The position numbers were made by a program, and so were the translations under genes. Positions 50,701-59,087 of a stretch of 64,000 nucleotides of DNA are shown here, piece after piece. A model generated the notes under the pieces. It saw only the letters and a list, made by a program, of their open reading frames with translations, searched no databases and was not told the DNA's origin. How positions within the stretch are numbered: the first letter of the stretch is position 1; each line of letters opens with the position of its first letter. The DNA comes from Candidatus Thorarchaeota archaeon (lineage in GTDB: Archaea > Asgardarchaeota > Thorarchaeia > Thorarchaeales > Thorarchaeaceae): the NCBI GenBank assembly GCA_048882485.1, contig JBHLRP010000010.1, positions 8,431 through 72,430 on the forward strand, given 5' to 3'.

Positions 50701-51697
50701 GACGGATGTTATCGCAAAATCCTCATCAAACGCCATTGAGCAGACATCCAAGATAGGGAGAGAAACAAAAGCCACCATTGACACGGCACTCGCAGACTTC
50801 TCTGAATCATCCAAGTCTATCACAAGTACTTCCAAGACGCTTATTGATGGAATGGTGACGCAAGCAGCCAAGGGCCTTGATAAAGCCCTCGAGGAAGCGA
50901 AGCAGAGTTCAGTGTTGTCCAATCAATATGCATCTCGCAAGCTGGAGTCCATAGGCATTGAATTAAAGACATACGTGGGCAGCGAATCTGCACGAATAAC
51001 AGAGCATGCCCAAAATGATGCAACAGTGAAGAATGCAGAAATTGCTAGTGCCTCTGCAAAGGCAATGAATGATGCAAATGAAGGCCTCTCAGATCTTCGC
51101 CAAACCCGAAATGATGCATTCAACGGCTTGAGTGAGCACGTAGACAAGATTCTGAGGCAATGGAGTGCCGAGCATAAAAAGGACATCGCCTCGCTCAAGG
51201 GAGGCCTGGATGAAACCATAGGTGCCATATCTGATCTGACCAATCAGTCTGTTGAAACAATTGAAGCTGTCAAGAGTGCTCGGGAGGAGCTGCTTTCCCT
51301 CGCAAGTGAGAACACCTGGTATCTAACTGGTACCGATGAGATTTGTGCACACATGCTTGACATGGTTTCCCGAGCTGAAAAGTCAGTGGTGCTTTCCGTA
51401 TTGGACCTTGAATGTTTAGACCTGAAGAAGCTAGCCAAAGCGAAAGGACCTCGTCGAAGGATACTTGTTGTCCCTGACACCGAAGAGATGGATTCAGCAT
51501 TGAGTTCCCTCGAAGGCTGGAGGATATGGCATACGAAGATACCGACAACCTTGGCTCTTATTGACAAATCGGAGGTTTTGGTTGGCGGAACCGAAGCGGC
51601 TGGTACTCCCCTAGCTCTGGTATCCCGCGATGAATCATATCTTCGTTTATATCACGACTATCTCGGTCCGGCAATGACAAGGGCGAGAAGGAGCTAA
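47792..51697 (+). CDS. TrmB-like regulator with a helical/coiled-coil insertion of about 1100 aa
   Basis: N-terminal TrmB HTH (LGITNIEAKA...LARLEKKGLV); C-terminal TrmB effector-like domain (TWYLTG..EI..H..DMVSRAEKSVVL...ALIDKSEVLVG). Confidence 0.7.
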   Translation: MGFILSGNVVAESIPVLKRSLGITNIEAKAILPVFAGGNMTAGGVSIASGEPLKKVESALARLEKKGLVTRIEGVVPIFRLSPSIFALEGTLSSVRDDLQVNLEDIQKLFDGHLKGIDESVNAVSDLHKNTMNDGKVAFQTYETDMVAAVQSQVDIITSIATEALAAFTKSIEESIKTFDLSLDDGLGTRLSALQLELDKSQKELGIAATNISKSFEKWLTSEGKSTTTAMKALEKEVLSLTQTLSDSVSKALNTSKAALDVTVSALADEILAKSTASSDDAITSIGEATRALDDTISGMDSDLAAAFLAAEETLQGITTKGRSDIAEESEAARTRIAAALEICEAAKAAIGAWREEVATFGDVAMQSLRLQLDRVSATENDYLENVKTAVRGNLEKTQAHFASEYQTLKEMSIEGITQFEAHLNSCRTSTLDLLKKQLNSQEKDLDSTNLEIRSNVDKWSASTTKNVDAKLSRIITDVSKILETEVSEMDTLVDSIDSRLKSAFSTVMSTSSTKNASALASVKKSTHDFESEIGTHLSELSAGYVSTTRSHIRDAKALYENLNEKLDERLVQSVGTLTSQANKVQREIDKALAGQVERIDQHALGIREELHVHLEDLAQQFTNLIKGLEATFNGFLSSQTSEARDLIASAHTEFKGALKTEIASLQEDSKLLQEDFSSQWGGRIDELVGAAETIKNALDELATSKRTEISESMADTLHRIEDAVRSTEDALNEMETGTIHQFGENLHQVSREFSATVTGARDNIAERISNIKESTQDGIAKSTGKLLELVDTYTTGQRESGNLLLADTSKKMDNLASQLVKSSNSNVQAFQNSLAEKETSRLESARAIREEALTAIEDRRNEVALAFTGASETIETSSSNLVSSLEQLSNKLEGEITTLGNKLEKAADTTAAKVLERGEKNLKVVETKSRALFKKTESEIKGRAVQFGDDGLDVLTKAAEALSDLPNTLTDVIAKSSSNAIEQTSKIGRETKATIDTALADFSESSKSITSTSKTLIDGMVTQAAKGLDKALEEAKQSSVLSNQYASRKLESIGIELKTYVGSESARITEHAQNDATVKNAEIASASAKAMNDANEGLSDLRQTRNDAFNGLSEHVDKILRQWSAEHKKDIASLKGGLDETIGAISDLTNQSVETIEAVKSAREELLSLASENTWYLTGTDEICAHMLDMVSRAEKSVVLSVLDLECLDLKKLAKAKGPRRRILVVPDTEEMDSALSSLEGWRIWHTKIPTTLALIDKSEVLVGGTEAAGTPLALVSRDESYLRLYHDYLGPAMTRARRS

Positions 51698-51698
51698 G

Positions 51699-52169
51699 CT
51701 AGAGTCTAATCGTATAGATAAGCGCGTCTTCATCCTCGTAGTATTGGTCCTCATGGCATAGCACGGACATGCCTACGTTGGCGTACAGCGCTTGAGCAGG
51801 CGTGTTACTCTCTCTCACTTCCAATCGACATGATGACATATTGCGTTCACGCATCATGCCAAAGGCGTAATCTAGTAGTTCTCTTCCTAGCCCTCTAAGT
51901 CTGCTTTGCTGGCGAATTGCTATATTGAGAAGGTGGCTTTCTTCTAACTGGGCGTCCTCTTCCCAGACGATGTATCCGGCCAATTCGCTATTTTCCTCAA
52001 TTACATACATGAAGACGGTCTTTCCTTTTTGGGTCCGAACTCGGCCTCGCCAAGCCCCCAAAATGCGGAAGATATCATCATCCCAGGGTTTCGGGAAGCT
52101 TGTGCTTTCTATTGCGATAATATCTTGCACATCATCTCTGGTGACAACTCTAATCCGATTTCGACTCAT
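51699..52169 (-). CDS. RimI/Ard1-like N-acetyltransferase
   Basis: IESTSFPKPW, HLLNIAI, RGLG, LEVRESN..AQ.LY, YY..EDA. Confidence 0.85.
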   Translation of the reverse strand: MSRNRIRVVTRDDVQDIIAIESTSFPKPWDDDIFRILGAWRGRVRTQKGKTVFMYVIEENSELAGYIVWEEDAQLEESHLLNIAIRQQSRLRGLGRELLDYAFGMMRERNMSSCRLEVRESNTPAQALYANVGMSVLCHEDQYYEDEDALIYTIRL

Positions 52170-52184
52170 CCTAGAAGGCCTCCA

Positions 52185-52547
52185 TTAATACATCCGCCCA
52201 TCGCTATCTGCTGATTCTTCTCCAATAGGACGTCCACATGAGGGACAGAAGGCCGAGCCACTGGGAATAGGATTGCTACAGTATTCACACAGATGCGTTA
52301 TCTTCACGTATTTCTCAATCTCTTTGTAACTGCTAGCTTTTAAAAGCCAGAAGAAAAATACTATGAACATCAAGAGCATAGACACTAAAATTGGGATCAT
52401 GAATGCTCCAGACACATCACCAATGAAGAAGAATGGGAAGACAAACACAAAGCCAGCTTCGGTGGTTGAACTTGTGAGAGCAATGATAAGAAATCCTATG
52501 AGCGCTAGCGCTAATCCAAGAATGATGAGTCGTTCTGACACTCGCAA
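52185..52547 (-). CDS. Small membrane protein with C-terminal zinc ribbon
   Basis: TM helices, FVFPFF, CEYC...FCPSCG. Confidence 0.65.
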   Translation of the reverse strand: MRVSERLIILGLALALIGFLIIALTSSTTEAGFVFVFPFFFIGDVSGAFMIPILVSMLLMFIVFFFWLLKASSYKEIEKYVKITHLCEYCSNPIPSGSAFCPSCGRPIGEESADSDGRMY

Positions 52548-52580
52548 AATTCATCCCACACCAAAAGGATGCTCGGTATT

Positions 52581-52949
52581 CTAGAGCATTCCGCGTTCCT
52601 TCAATTGCTGTACGATTACATTGTACTTTGCGTCATCCGATATCATCGAATTGACTTCCTTCTCTCTTGTATGCGAACCTGGTAGCACCTTAACAGAAAC
52701 AGCACTATCCGGATATGTTTTTTCAAGGTGATGGCGTATCAAGATTCCAATTAAACCTCCCATCGGACAATGCGGAACGGTTGGCTTGAATTTGACTTGA
52801 ATTCCCTCTTTTGTTATGGATATGTATTCCTCTTTGACAATAGCCATTCTGGGATCTGTTATACTGATGGGATGTTCTGGGTCTTGAACAGGTTTCAAAG
52901 CCTCGAAGACCTCTGCAACTGATGCCAACGATATCGCCTCAGTATGCAA
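52581..52949 (-). CDS. DUF59 / MIP18 (CIAO2/FAM96)-like Fe-S maturation protein
   Basis: DPEHP, FKPTVPHCPMGGLIG, PGSH..E.EVN. Confidence 0.78.
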   Translation of the reverse strand: MHTEAISLASVAEVFEALKPVQDPEHPISITDPRMAIVKEEYISITKEGIQVKFKPTVPHCPMGGLIGILIRHHLEKTYPDSAVSVKVLPGSHTREKEVNSMISDDAKYNVIVQQLKERGML

Positions 52950-53086
52950 TCCCCTATTCGGGGCTTAAGAATCTATACAGCTCTTGCAGATTCTAAAGTC
53001 ACACAACACATATCAATCAAGGGGCTGTCAGAAATCAGTGTTTGTTGAGTCACGCCATATACTCAACAATAACGAGGGGTGCCGGA

Positions 53087-53545
53087 ATGTCACCTAAGAA
53101 GAAATCAACGAAGAAAAAGAAAGAGAAGTCGCGCTATCTCTTCAAAGTAACAGTAGTTGGTCCTGAGGATGGACTGTTGGAGCAGGTCCTGAGCGTCTTC
53201 AACGAACAAGTGATGTCTGTCGATGGCATTCGCATAGGAGCTGCGAAGATGGAGTGGGAGGACTCTGATGTATCCACACTCTTCATGTCTCCGAAACACT
53301 CTGCACTTGATATCCTGCTATCGCTTACATACAAGGGGGCAACTGGTGTTATCATTGTCTTGAAAGATGCTGATCCTGAAATCGAAACAATGTATAGGAA
53401 CGAAATTCGTGAGAATCTAGGTGAAGGCATTCCTACAAGAGTTGTCTGTGTAGGTTCAGATATTGATGATTTCAAAAGAACCGAAATCCAAAACCTACTC
53501 GATGAACTGATGGAAGAGATTCTTGCCCTCTCAACACAAGAATAA
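53087..53545 (+). CDS. Degenerate Rab/Ras-like small GTPase-fold protein
   Basis: YLFKVTVVG and TYKGATGVIIV match Rab beta1/beta4; no GKS/T, DxxG or NKxD. Confidence 0.55.
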   Translation: MSPKKKSTKKKKEKSRYLFKVTVVGPEDGLLEQVLSVFNEQVMSVDGIRIGAAKMEWEDSDVSTLFMSPKHSALDILLSLTYKGATGVIIVLKDADPEIETMYRNEIRENLGEGIPTRVVCVGSDIDDFKRTEIQNLLDELMEEILALSTQE

Positions 53546-53610
53546 GGTGTGAAATGTAACTACTGTATGATACAAAGCCTTTATTCCGTTCTGATAACTG
53601 AAGCAAGTAG

Positions 53611-54549
53611 GTGGCACATATGTCCTCAGAGGAAAGAGATGACAATTACTGGATGGGCGTCCGCGATGCACTTCGAATGGTAGATTCATTTCTGCGTTGG
53701 GCGCGAAAGCATCCAAAGGATGCCAAGACCATTGATGATTTCTTAGCTGAAGGATTGGTTGCAGCGGCAAAGCGATGCGAGTCCTGCCTAGGCAAGGAGC
53801 TGGGAATGAGGTATGGTTCAGATGATCCAGAGGTAGATGAGCCACGAGAAATCGAAGAACCAGCGCATTTCGAGGAACCAATTCCATACGTCGAGCCAGA
53901 GGTTGAAGACATTCCTGCCAATGATGAAGAGATGGTTTCTACAGAAACTGTTAGTGAACCTGATGCACCGGACGAGGTGATAGATACGCCTGAGATGCCG
54001 CCTGCTGAACCAGTCTCGATAGATGAGATTGAAGCTTCCGCAGATGCTGAGGAATCGATGTCAGCAGATGAACTTACATTTGAAGGGGTGAAACGGGATT
54101 TTCTGTCTGACTTTCCGTTAGACGAACCAAGGCCCATAGTCGACAAGGAAGATGATATGGAAGTAGCGCCCTCCACGCCGGAAGATGTCATGAGGGCTGT
54201 GTTGGCTGAAGCAGACGAAGAAGAACTGATGCCTCCGGAGGAAGAAGACTTGGAAGTCGAAACCTATGATGATGTCTTGGAGGTTCTAGATACTCCTCCA
54301 AGCACTGACGAATCACCACCAGTAGCTGCACCGAAGCGCGAATTATGGAGCCCATATGACGAGCCGCCACTTGAAGACGAGGATGAAGATGATGATTTCA
54401 TCTCAACGGATGCCGAAGATGAGGAGGTATCTGAAGAGTCGGAAGCCCCTACTACAGTAAAGCCTCCGCCGCCGCCCCCGCCTCCAGAGACCGATGAAAC
54501 TGAGGAAGAGCGCCGAAGGAGAGCTAGGCGTTTATTCTTTGGCACTTGA
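53611..54549 (+). CDS. Acidic disordered protein with poly-Pro tract
   Basis: Folded N-terminus (YWMGVRDALRMV...CESC), D/E-rich linker, P8, EEERRRRARRLFFGT. Confidence 0.65.
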   Translation: MAHMSSEERDDNYWMGVRDALRMVDSFLRWARKHPKDAKTIDDFLAEGLVAAAKRCESCLGKELGMRYGSDDPEVDEPREIEEPAHFEEPIPYVEPEVEDIPANDEEMVSTETVSEPDAPDEVIDTPEMPPAEPVSIDEIEASADAEESMSADELTFEGVKRDFLSDFPLDEPRPIVDKEDDMEVAPSTPEDVMRAVLAEADEEELMPPEEEDLEVETYDDVLEVLDTPPSTDESPPVAAPKRELWSPYDEPPLEDEDEDDDFISTDAEDEEVSEESEAPTTVKPPPPPPPPETDETEEERRRRARRLFFGT

Positions 54550-55299
54550 TTGACCACAGACACTGCATGTTTCAGATCGAGTGATATCGAAGATATCAAA
54601 GCTCAAGGAGCTAATGTCTATTGTCATGAGCTTTTCTGCAAGATTTGGTTCTCTTTGGAGAGCCAAAAGCACTGCTTCCCTCATTTCTATTCCGGCCACC
54701 ACTGAGAGCAGCTCAGGCGATACACCAATTGCAGCTACGGTTCTATCTTGATGGTCTTTCGCCTCACCCATGACGCAGTTTAGGCAACCGGTCATACCTG
54801 GAATGAAGGTGGATAGATTGGCAAAATACTCAACTGCTCCTGCAAAAACATATGGTATTCCCCTTTTCACACTGACTTCGTTGACAGCACGACGTGCCTG
54901 AAAGGAGTCTAATCCATCCAAAATGAGACTTGATCCTTTCAGGATATCCTCTGCATTTCTGTGATTAATTTGTTCCACAATGGGGATGAATTCCACCTCG
55001 GGATTGAGGAGAGCAAGATTCGCTGCAGCACACTCAGCCTTCTTCTTCCCAATATCATTAGTGTTGTAGAGATTCTGTCGCTGGATATTGGATAGCTCGA
55101 CTGTGTCTGCATCAATTATGCGTACCACACCGAATCCCATTGAAGCCAAGAGTCTTAACACTGGGCTGCCAATTCCCCCGGCGCCAGCCATAGATACTAC
55201 TGTGTTTGCCAGCGTTAGCTGGTCTTTCTCGCTGAAATCATGTAACTTGAGAGTTCTAGAGTACCTTTCAAGCTGGTCTGGTCTGAGGCCCATTTTCAA
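54532..55299 (-). CDS. ThiF/MoeB/E1-like adenylyltransferase
   Basis: RYSR, GAGGIG, DTVELSNIQRQ, DGLD, CLNC and CSVC. Confidence 0.88.
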   Translation of the reverse strand: MKMGLRPDQLERYSRTLKLHDFSEKDQLTLANTVVSMAGAGGIGSPVLRLLASMGFGVVRIIDADTVELSNIQRQNLYNTNDIGKKKAECAAANLALLNPEVEFIPIVEQINHRNAEDILKGSSLILDGLDSFQARRAVNEVSVKRGIPYVFAGAVEYFANLSTFIPGMTGCLNCVMGEAKDHQDRTVAAIGVSPELLSVVAGIEMREAVLLALQREPNLAEKLMTIDISSLSFDIFDITRSETCSVCGQSSAKE

Positions 55300-55349
55300 A
55301 CAGTCCTACGGATAGACTCACTTAAAGCCTTGGACTCCAGGTCAATCCT

Positions 55350-56177
55350 ATGGGCAGTTCAGCAGAAGTAGCAATAGCTGTAAAGAAGAATCCGCGCCAA
55401 GCTCTTGCAATCGCTCTATCAAAGCTAACGCAACCCCTACCCATTGCAGGGACTGAAACACGTGTTTTGATAAAGCCCTCAATTATGGATCCGGAAGTTC
55501 CAGGAAATACTTCTCTTGAAGTAATAAGAGCAGTTGTTGGCCTTTTTGAGAACACTACTGAGGTGCTGCTCGTAGAGAGTGATAATACATCTAGGACTGT
55601 TGAAGATGCCTACTCGAAACTCGGATACAGGGATCTTGCTACTGAGAGTGTCAAGCTGTTCAATCTTTCATATGATACACTCGAACCGATTGCTATGCCG
55701 GGTCATCACTTCTCCACAGCCCACAAAATGCCCCTAGCACTTAAGGACCCCCTTTTTCTCGTTAATGTGGCGACTCTCAAATTTCGCCCGGATGAAGGCT
55801 TGGTTTGGGGCGGGATAAAGAATCTCTTTGGTCTATTGCCAGAGGTGGAAAAGCAGCATCTTCATTCTCACCTAGCAGATGTCTTGCTTGATCTTCTGAG
55901 CGCATTTCGTCCGAATTTGACAGTCATAGACCTGTCTGAGGTTGTCGTAGGGAAGAGACGTACAGGACGAAGGATGAAAGTTGGTGGCGTAGTCGTCGGT
56001 GTAGATCCAGTTGCGGTGGACTCCTACTGTGCTGGTCTATTTGGTTTAGATCCGATGAAGGTGCCTTATCTCAAACATGCTTATGACCTAGGCCTTGGCG
56101 AGGCGCTGCTTGATCGGATCGAAGTCAGAGGCACAGAACATCAGAAGCACATCCTGTCGGAGCGAATGATTCTATAG
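55350..56177 (+). CDS. DUF362 family protein
   Basis: VLIKP, GGIKNLFG, DPVAVD, YL..A...GLG. Confidence 0.75.
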   Translation: MGSSAEVAIAVKKNPRQALAIALSKLTQPLPIAGTETRVLIKPSIMDPEVPGNTSLEVIRAVVGLFENTTEVLLVESDNTSRTVEDAYSKLGYRDLATESVKLFNLSYDTLEPIAMPGHHFSTAHKMPLALKDPLFLVNVATLKFRPDEGLVWGGIKNLFGLLPEVEKQHLHSHLADVLLDLLSAFRPNLTVIDLSEVVVGKRRTGRRMKVGGVVVGVDPVAVDSYCAGLFGLDPMKVPYLKHAYDLGLGEALLDRIEVRGTEHQKHILSERMIL

Positions 56178-56273
56178 TATCACGCCGGAAGTAATATTAG
56201 TTCTAGAAGCCAGCGCGCATTTCTCTGGACACTCATGGCTGAGTGTCGTGAAGATAAAGGTGAGGCATGACGT

Positions 56274-57440
56274 ATGGACTGGACAAGTCATCATATGGAA
56301 CGAATACCACCTTCTGGAACCCTGAAGATGTTTGAGCTGGCTACCCGATTGGAAGCCAAGGGGAAGACCGTATACCATTTCGAAGTGGGACAGCCAGATT
56401 TCCCCACACCTCCCCATATCGTGGAAGCAGCAAATACTGCTTTGAGCAAAGGTCTCACAAAATACACCTCATCTCGGGGGATTCCGCAACTACTTGATGC
56501 TATCCAGAATCATTATGCGACTCGAAGCATTGAGATCAATGGGCGCAAGGATGTGATAGTGACTCCTGGAGCAAAGATGGCTCTATTCAAAGGCTTTCTG
56601 AGCACGCTTGATGCTGGTGATGATGTGCTTCTTCTATCTCCGGCCTGGCCCACGTATCGTGTGCTAGTCCGAATGGCAGGTGGGAAACCAAGGGATGTTT
56701 CAACTTTGCCCGGATATAAACTGGATGAAGAAGCACTGAAGTGCAGTGTCAACAAGACTGTTACAGCCATCATCATTAATAGTCCTAATAATCCATCTGG
56801 AGGAGTTCTATCCAAGGACCACTTGAAGCTAATCTATGACCTTGCCACAGACTATGATTTTGTTGTATTCAGTGATGAAATTTACGAGTCGCTTGTCTAT
56901 GATGGCATTAAGCAATCATCCATGCTTGAGGTGGATCCGGTTATGGAGCATACACTTGTAATTAGTGGATTCTCCAAGGCCTACAGTATGACTGGTTGGC
57001 GTCTCGGATATGCAATCGGGAATCCTGAAACAATCGGGAATATGGTGCGGATTCAACAGAACACTACTTCATGTCCTACATCATTTGTGCAATATGCGGG
57101 TGCTGTGGCATTAGAGAGTGACCAGAGTCATATCACTAAAATGCGTGAGGCTTACGAAGCTCGTCGGAACTATATGGTCGAGCGGTTTCGTCATATAGAA
57201 GATGTCGAGTGCGAGATGCCAGCAGGTGCTTTCTACGCATTCCCAGACTTCAGTGCATATGGTCTAAGCAGCAATACAATCGCTGAGTTGCTTCTCATGA
57301 AGGCGGGCGTTTCCACTGCTTCTGGTTCAGTATTTGGAAGAGCGTTTGACGGTTATCTGCGGTTCTGTTATGCCGCGTCTCAAGAAACGATAGAGCAGGG
57401 ACTAGATTCTCTAGTGGCGTTTCTTCCTTCATTAAGATGA
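56274..57440 (+). CDS. Class I aminotransferase (aspartate aminotransferase-like)
   Basis: GQPDF, NSPNNPSG, SDEIY, GFSKAYSMTGWRLG. Confidence 0.92.
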   Translation: MDWTSHHMERIPPSGTLKMFELATRLEAKGKTVYHFEVGQPDFPTPPHIVEAANTALSKGLTKYTSSRGIPQLLDAIQNHYATRSIEINGRKDVIVTPGAKMALFKGFLSTLDAGDDVLLLSPAWPTYRVLVRMAGGKPRDVSTLPGYKLDEEALKCSVNKTVTAIIINSPNNPSGGVLSKDHLKLIYDLATDYDFVVFSDEIYESLVYDGIKQSSMLEVDPVMEHTLVISGFSKAYSMTGWRLGYAIGNPETIGNMVRIQQNTTSCPTSFVQYAGAVALESDQSHITKMREAYEARRNYMVERFRHIEDVECEMPAGAFYAFPDFSAYGLSSNTIAELLLMKAGVSTASGSVFGRAFDGYLRFCYAASQETIEQGLDSLVAFLPSLR

Positions 57441-57499
57441 TTTGTCTTTTGCCTTCCTTTAAGAGGCCAAATTGATAGTTTAGAGAGAGGTGGCTAAAT

Positions 57500-58075
57500 C
57501 TGGAAACTAAGGTCCATTTCGAGTGTACAAAATGCGGAGCCTGCTGCAAGGAGGAGGAGCTTCTAGTGACTGTCACCGGTAACGACATAGTTCGACTATC
57601 GTTCTTCTTGAGTATCTCGGCATCCGAAACACTTCGCGCATTGGACTTCTATGTGCTACCAGAAAATGGTGGTAACCCCCCCGTTGGTATGAGAGATATA
57701 CCTTCTGTGAACACTGAACAGGGAGCGGCCTATATTGCTCTCCGCCGGATGGAAAACAATGAGTGCATATTTTTGTCAGACGATCTATGCATGATTCATC
57801 AGTTTAGACCTGGAGTGTGCAGGTCCTTTCCTTTTGTATTTCAAGAGAAAGAGGGGAAAACTACGTGGGGCTTGAGCGCGGTGAAAGAGATATGTCCGGG
57901 CTTGGGTACAGGACCTGAAATTGAAATCGACGAACTTGAGGATATATCATTCGACATCTTGAGAGAATTGTCGTTATACCGGGAATTCGTATCAGAATGG
58001 AATGAAACTCAAGAAAATCCCAGTGCCTCGTTGCTGATTGAAACCATCCTTTCCGATAGCCGTTTCACGACCTAG
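57500..58075 (+). CDS. YkgJ/CxxCxxCC cysteine-cluster protein; probable CUG start at 57500
   Basis: In-frame extension upstream of the track start encodes FECTKCGACC; later CIFL..CMIH..RPGVCRSFPF...CPG. Confidence 0.82.
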   Translation: METKVHFECTKCGACCKEEELLVTVTGNDIVRLSFFLSISASETLRALDFYVLPENGGNPPVGMRDIPSVNTEQGAAYIALRRMENNECIFLSDDLCMIHQFRPGVCRSFPFVFQEKEGKTTWGLSAVKEICPGLGTGPEIEIDELEDISFDILRELSLYREFVSEWNETQENPSASLLIETILSDSRFTT

Positions 58076-58117
58076 CAAGACTTAATGCCAAAGTTAAGAA
58101 CTTGCGAACTGAATGCA

Positions 58118-59068
58118 ATGGCAAGAATACTAGTGACTGGTGGGGCTGGCTTTCTTGGTAGCCATCTCGTTGATCGTCTATTGATAGAAAACGAAGTGGT
58201 TGTGCTAGATGACCTTTCAACTGGATTCATGAATAACCTTCGGCAACACGAAGACAATGTCAAGTTCCTATTTGTGGAAGGCTCAATCACCTCCGACGAT
58301 GATATTTCTAAAGTAATGAGTGGCGTTGATTTTGTCTATCATTTTGCCGCACAGCCAGACGTAAGGCTTAGCATAGCTCAACCGCTTTTGGACTTCGGAA
58401 TAAATGTGCAAGGAAGTCTCCAGCTACTGGAGGCTATGAGGCTGAATGATGTCACCAAGATTGTTTTCGCATCCTCCGGAGGGACTGTATACGGTGATTC
58501 GGAAATTCTGCCTACCCCTGAATCAACCCCGCTCAAGCCCATCAGCAACTATGGAGCTGCGAAGTGTGCCGTAGAAATGTATCTTTCATCGTATTCGGAA
58601 TTGTATGGGTTTGAATCTGTGAGTCTAAGACTGGCAAACATCATTGGACCTCGACTGACTCATGGCGTGATATTTGATTTCTATGAGAAACTAAAGGAGA
58701 ATCCGAATCGACTCGAAGTCCTTGGAACTGGCTTGCAGGAGAAATCCTACATCTATGTGACAGATGCTATCAATGCGACTATCACATTAGCTGAGAATAT
58801 GAGTTCGGGGTATACACCAGTCAACGTGGGTTCAGGAGAACGATTAAAGGTTAGAGAAATTGCTGAGCTGGTTGCTAAAGAGCTCACTGAAAAAGATGTT
58901 GAAATCCACTACACCGGATCTGAACGTGGTTGGTCAGGTGATGTTCTGCTTACTGACCTAGATGTTGGATTGTTGCGAAAAGCTGGCTGGAAGCAAGAGG
59001 TTTCCTTGAAGCAAGGAGTAAAGCTATATCTTCACTGGCTTGCGGAATCTTTTGGCACCATCAAATAA
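58118..59068 (+). CDS. NAD-dependent epimerase (UDP-glucose 4-epimerase-like)
   Basis: TGGAGFLGSH, ASSGGTVYG, YGAAK. Confidence 0.9.
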   Translation: MARILVTGGAGFLGSHLVDRLLIENEVVVLDDLSTGFMNNLRQHEDNVKFLFVEGSITSDDDISKVMSGVDFVYHFAAQPDVRLSIAQPLLDFGINVQGSLQLLEAMRLNDVTKIVFASSGGTVYGDSEILPTPESTPLKPISNYGAAKCAVEMYLSSYSELYGFESVSLRLANIIGPRLTHGVIFDFYEKLKENPNRLEVLGTGLQEKSYIYVTDAINATITLAENMSSGYTPVNVGSGERLKVREIAELVAKELTEKDVEIHYTGSERGWSGDVLLTDLDVGLLRKAGWKQEVSLKQGVKLYLHWLAESFGTIK

Positions 59069-59087
59069 TAATGATGGAAGTGCAGAA

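Noticed and set aside
46931-51697. ORFs 46931..47758 and 47792..51697 are in the same frame, separated by one TAG (possible pyrrolysine or readthrough)
   Set aside because: A shared frame has a 1-in-3 chance. The upstream protein ends in a typical basic tail (KRRKKSE), the downstream one begins with a normal N-terminal TrmB HTH, and there is no pyl context in the window.
47792-51697. Possible SMC/Rad50 or chemoreceptor
   Set aside because: No Walker A/B, signature motif, hinge or MCP hairpin motif.
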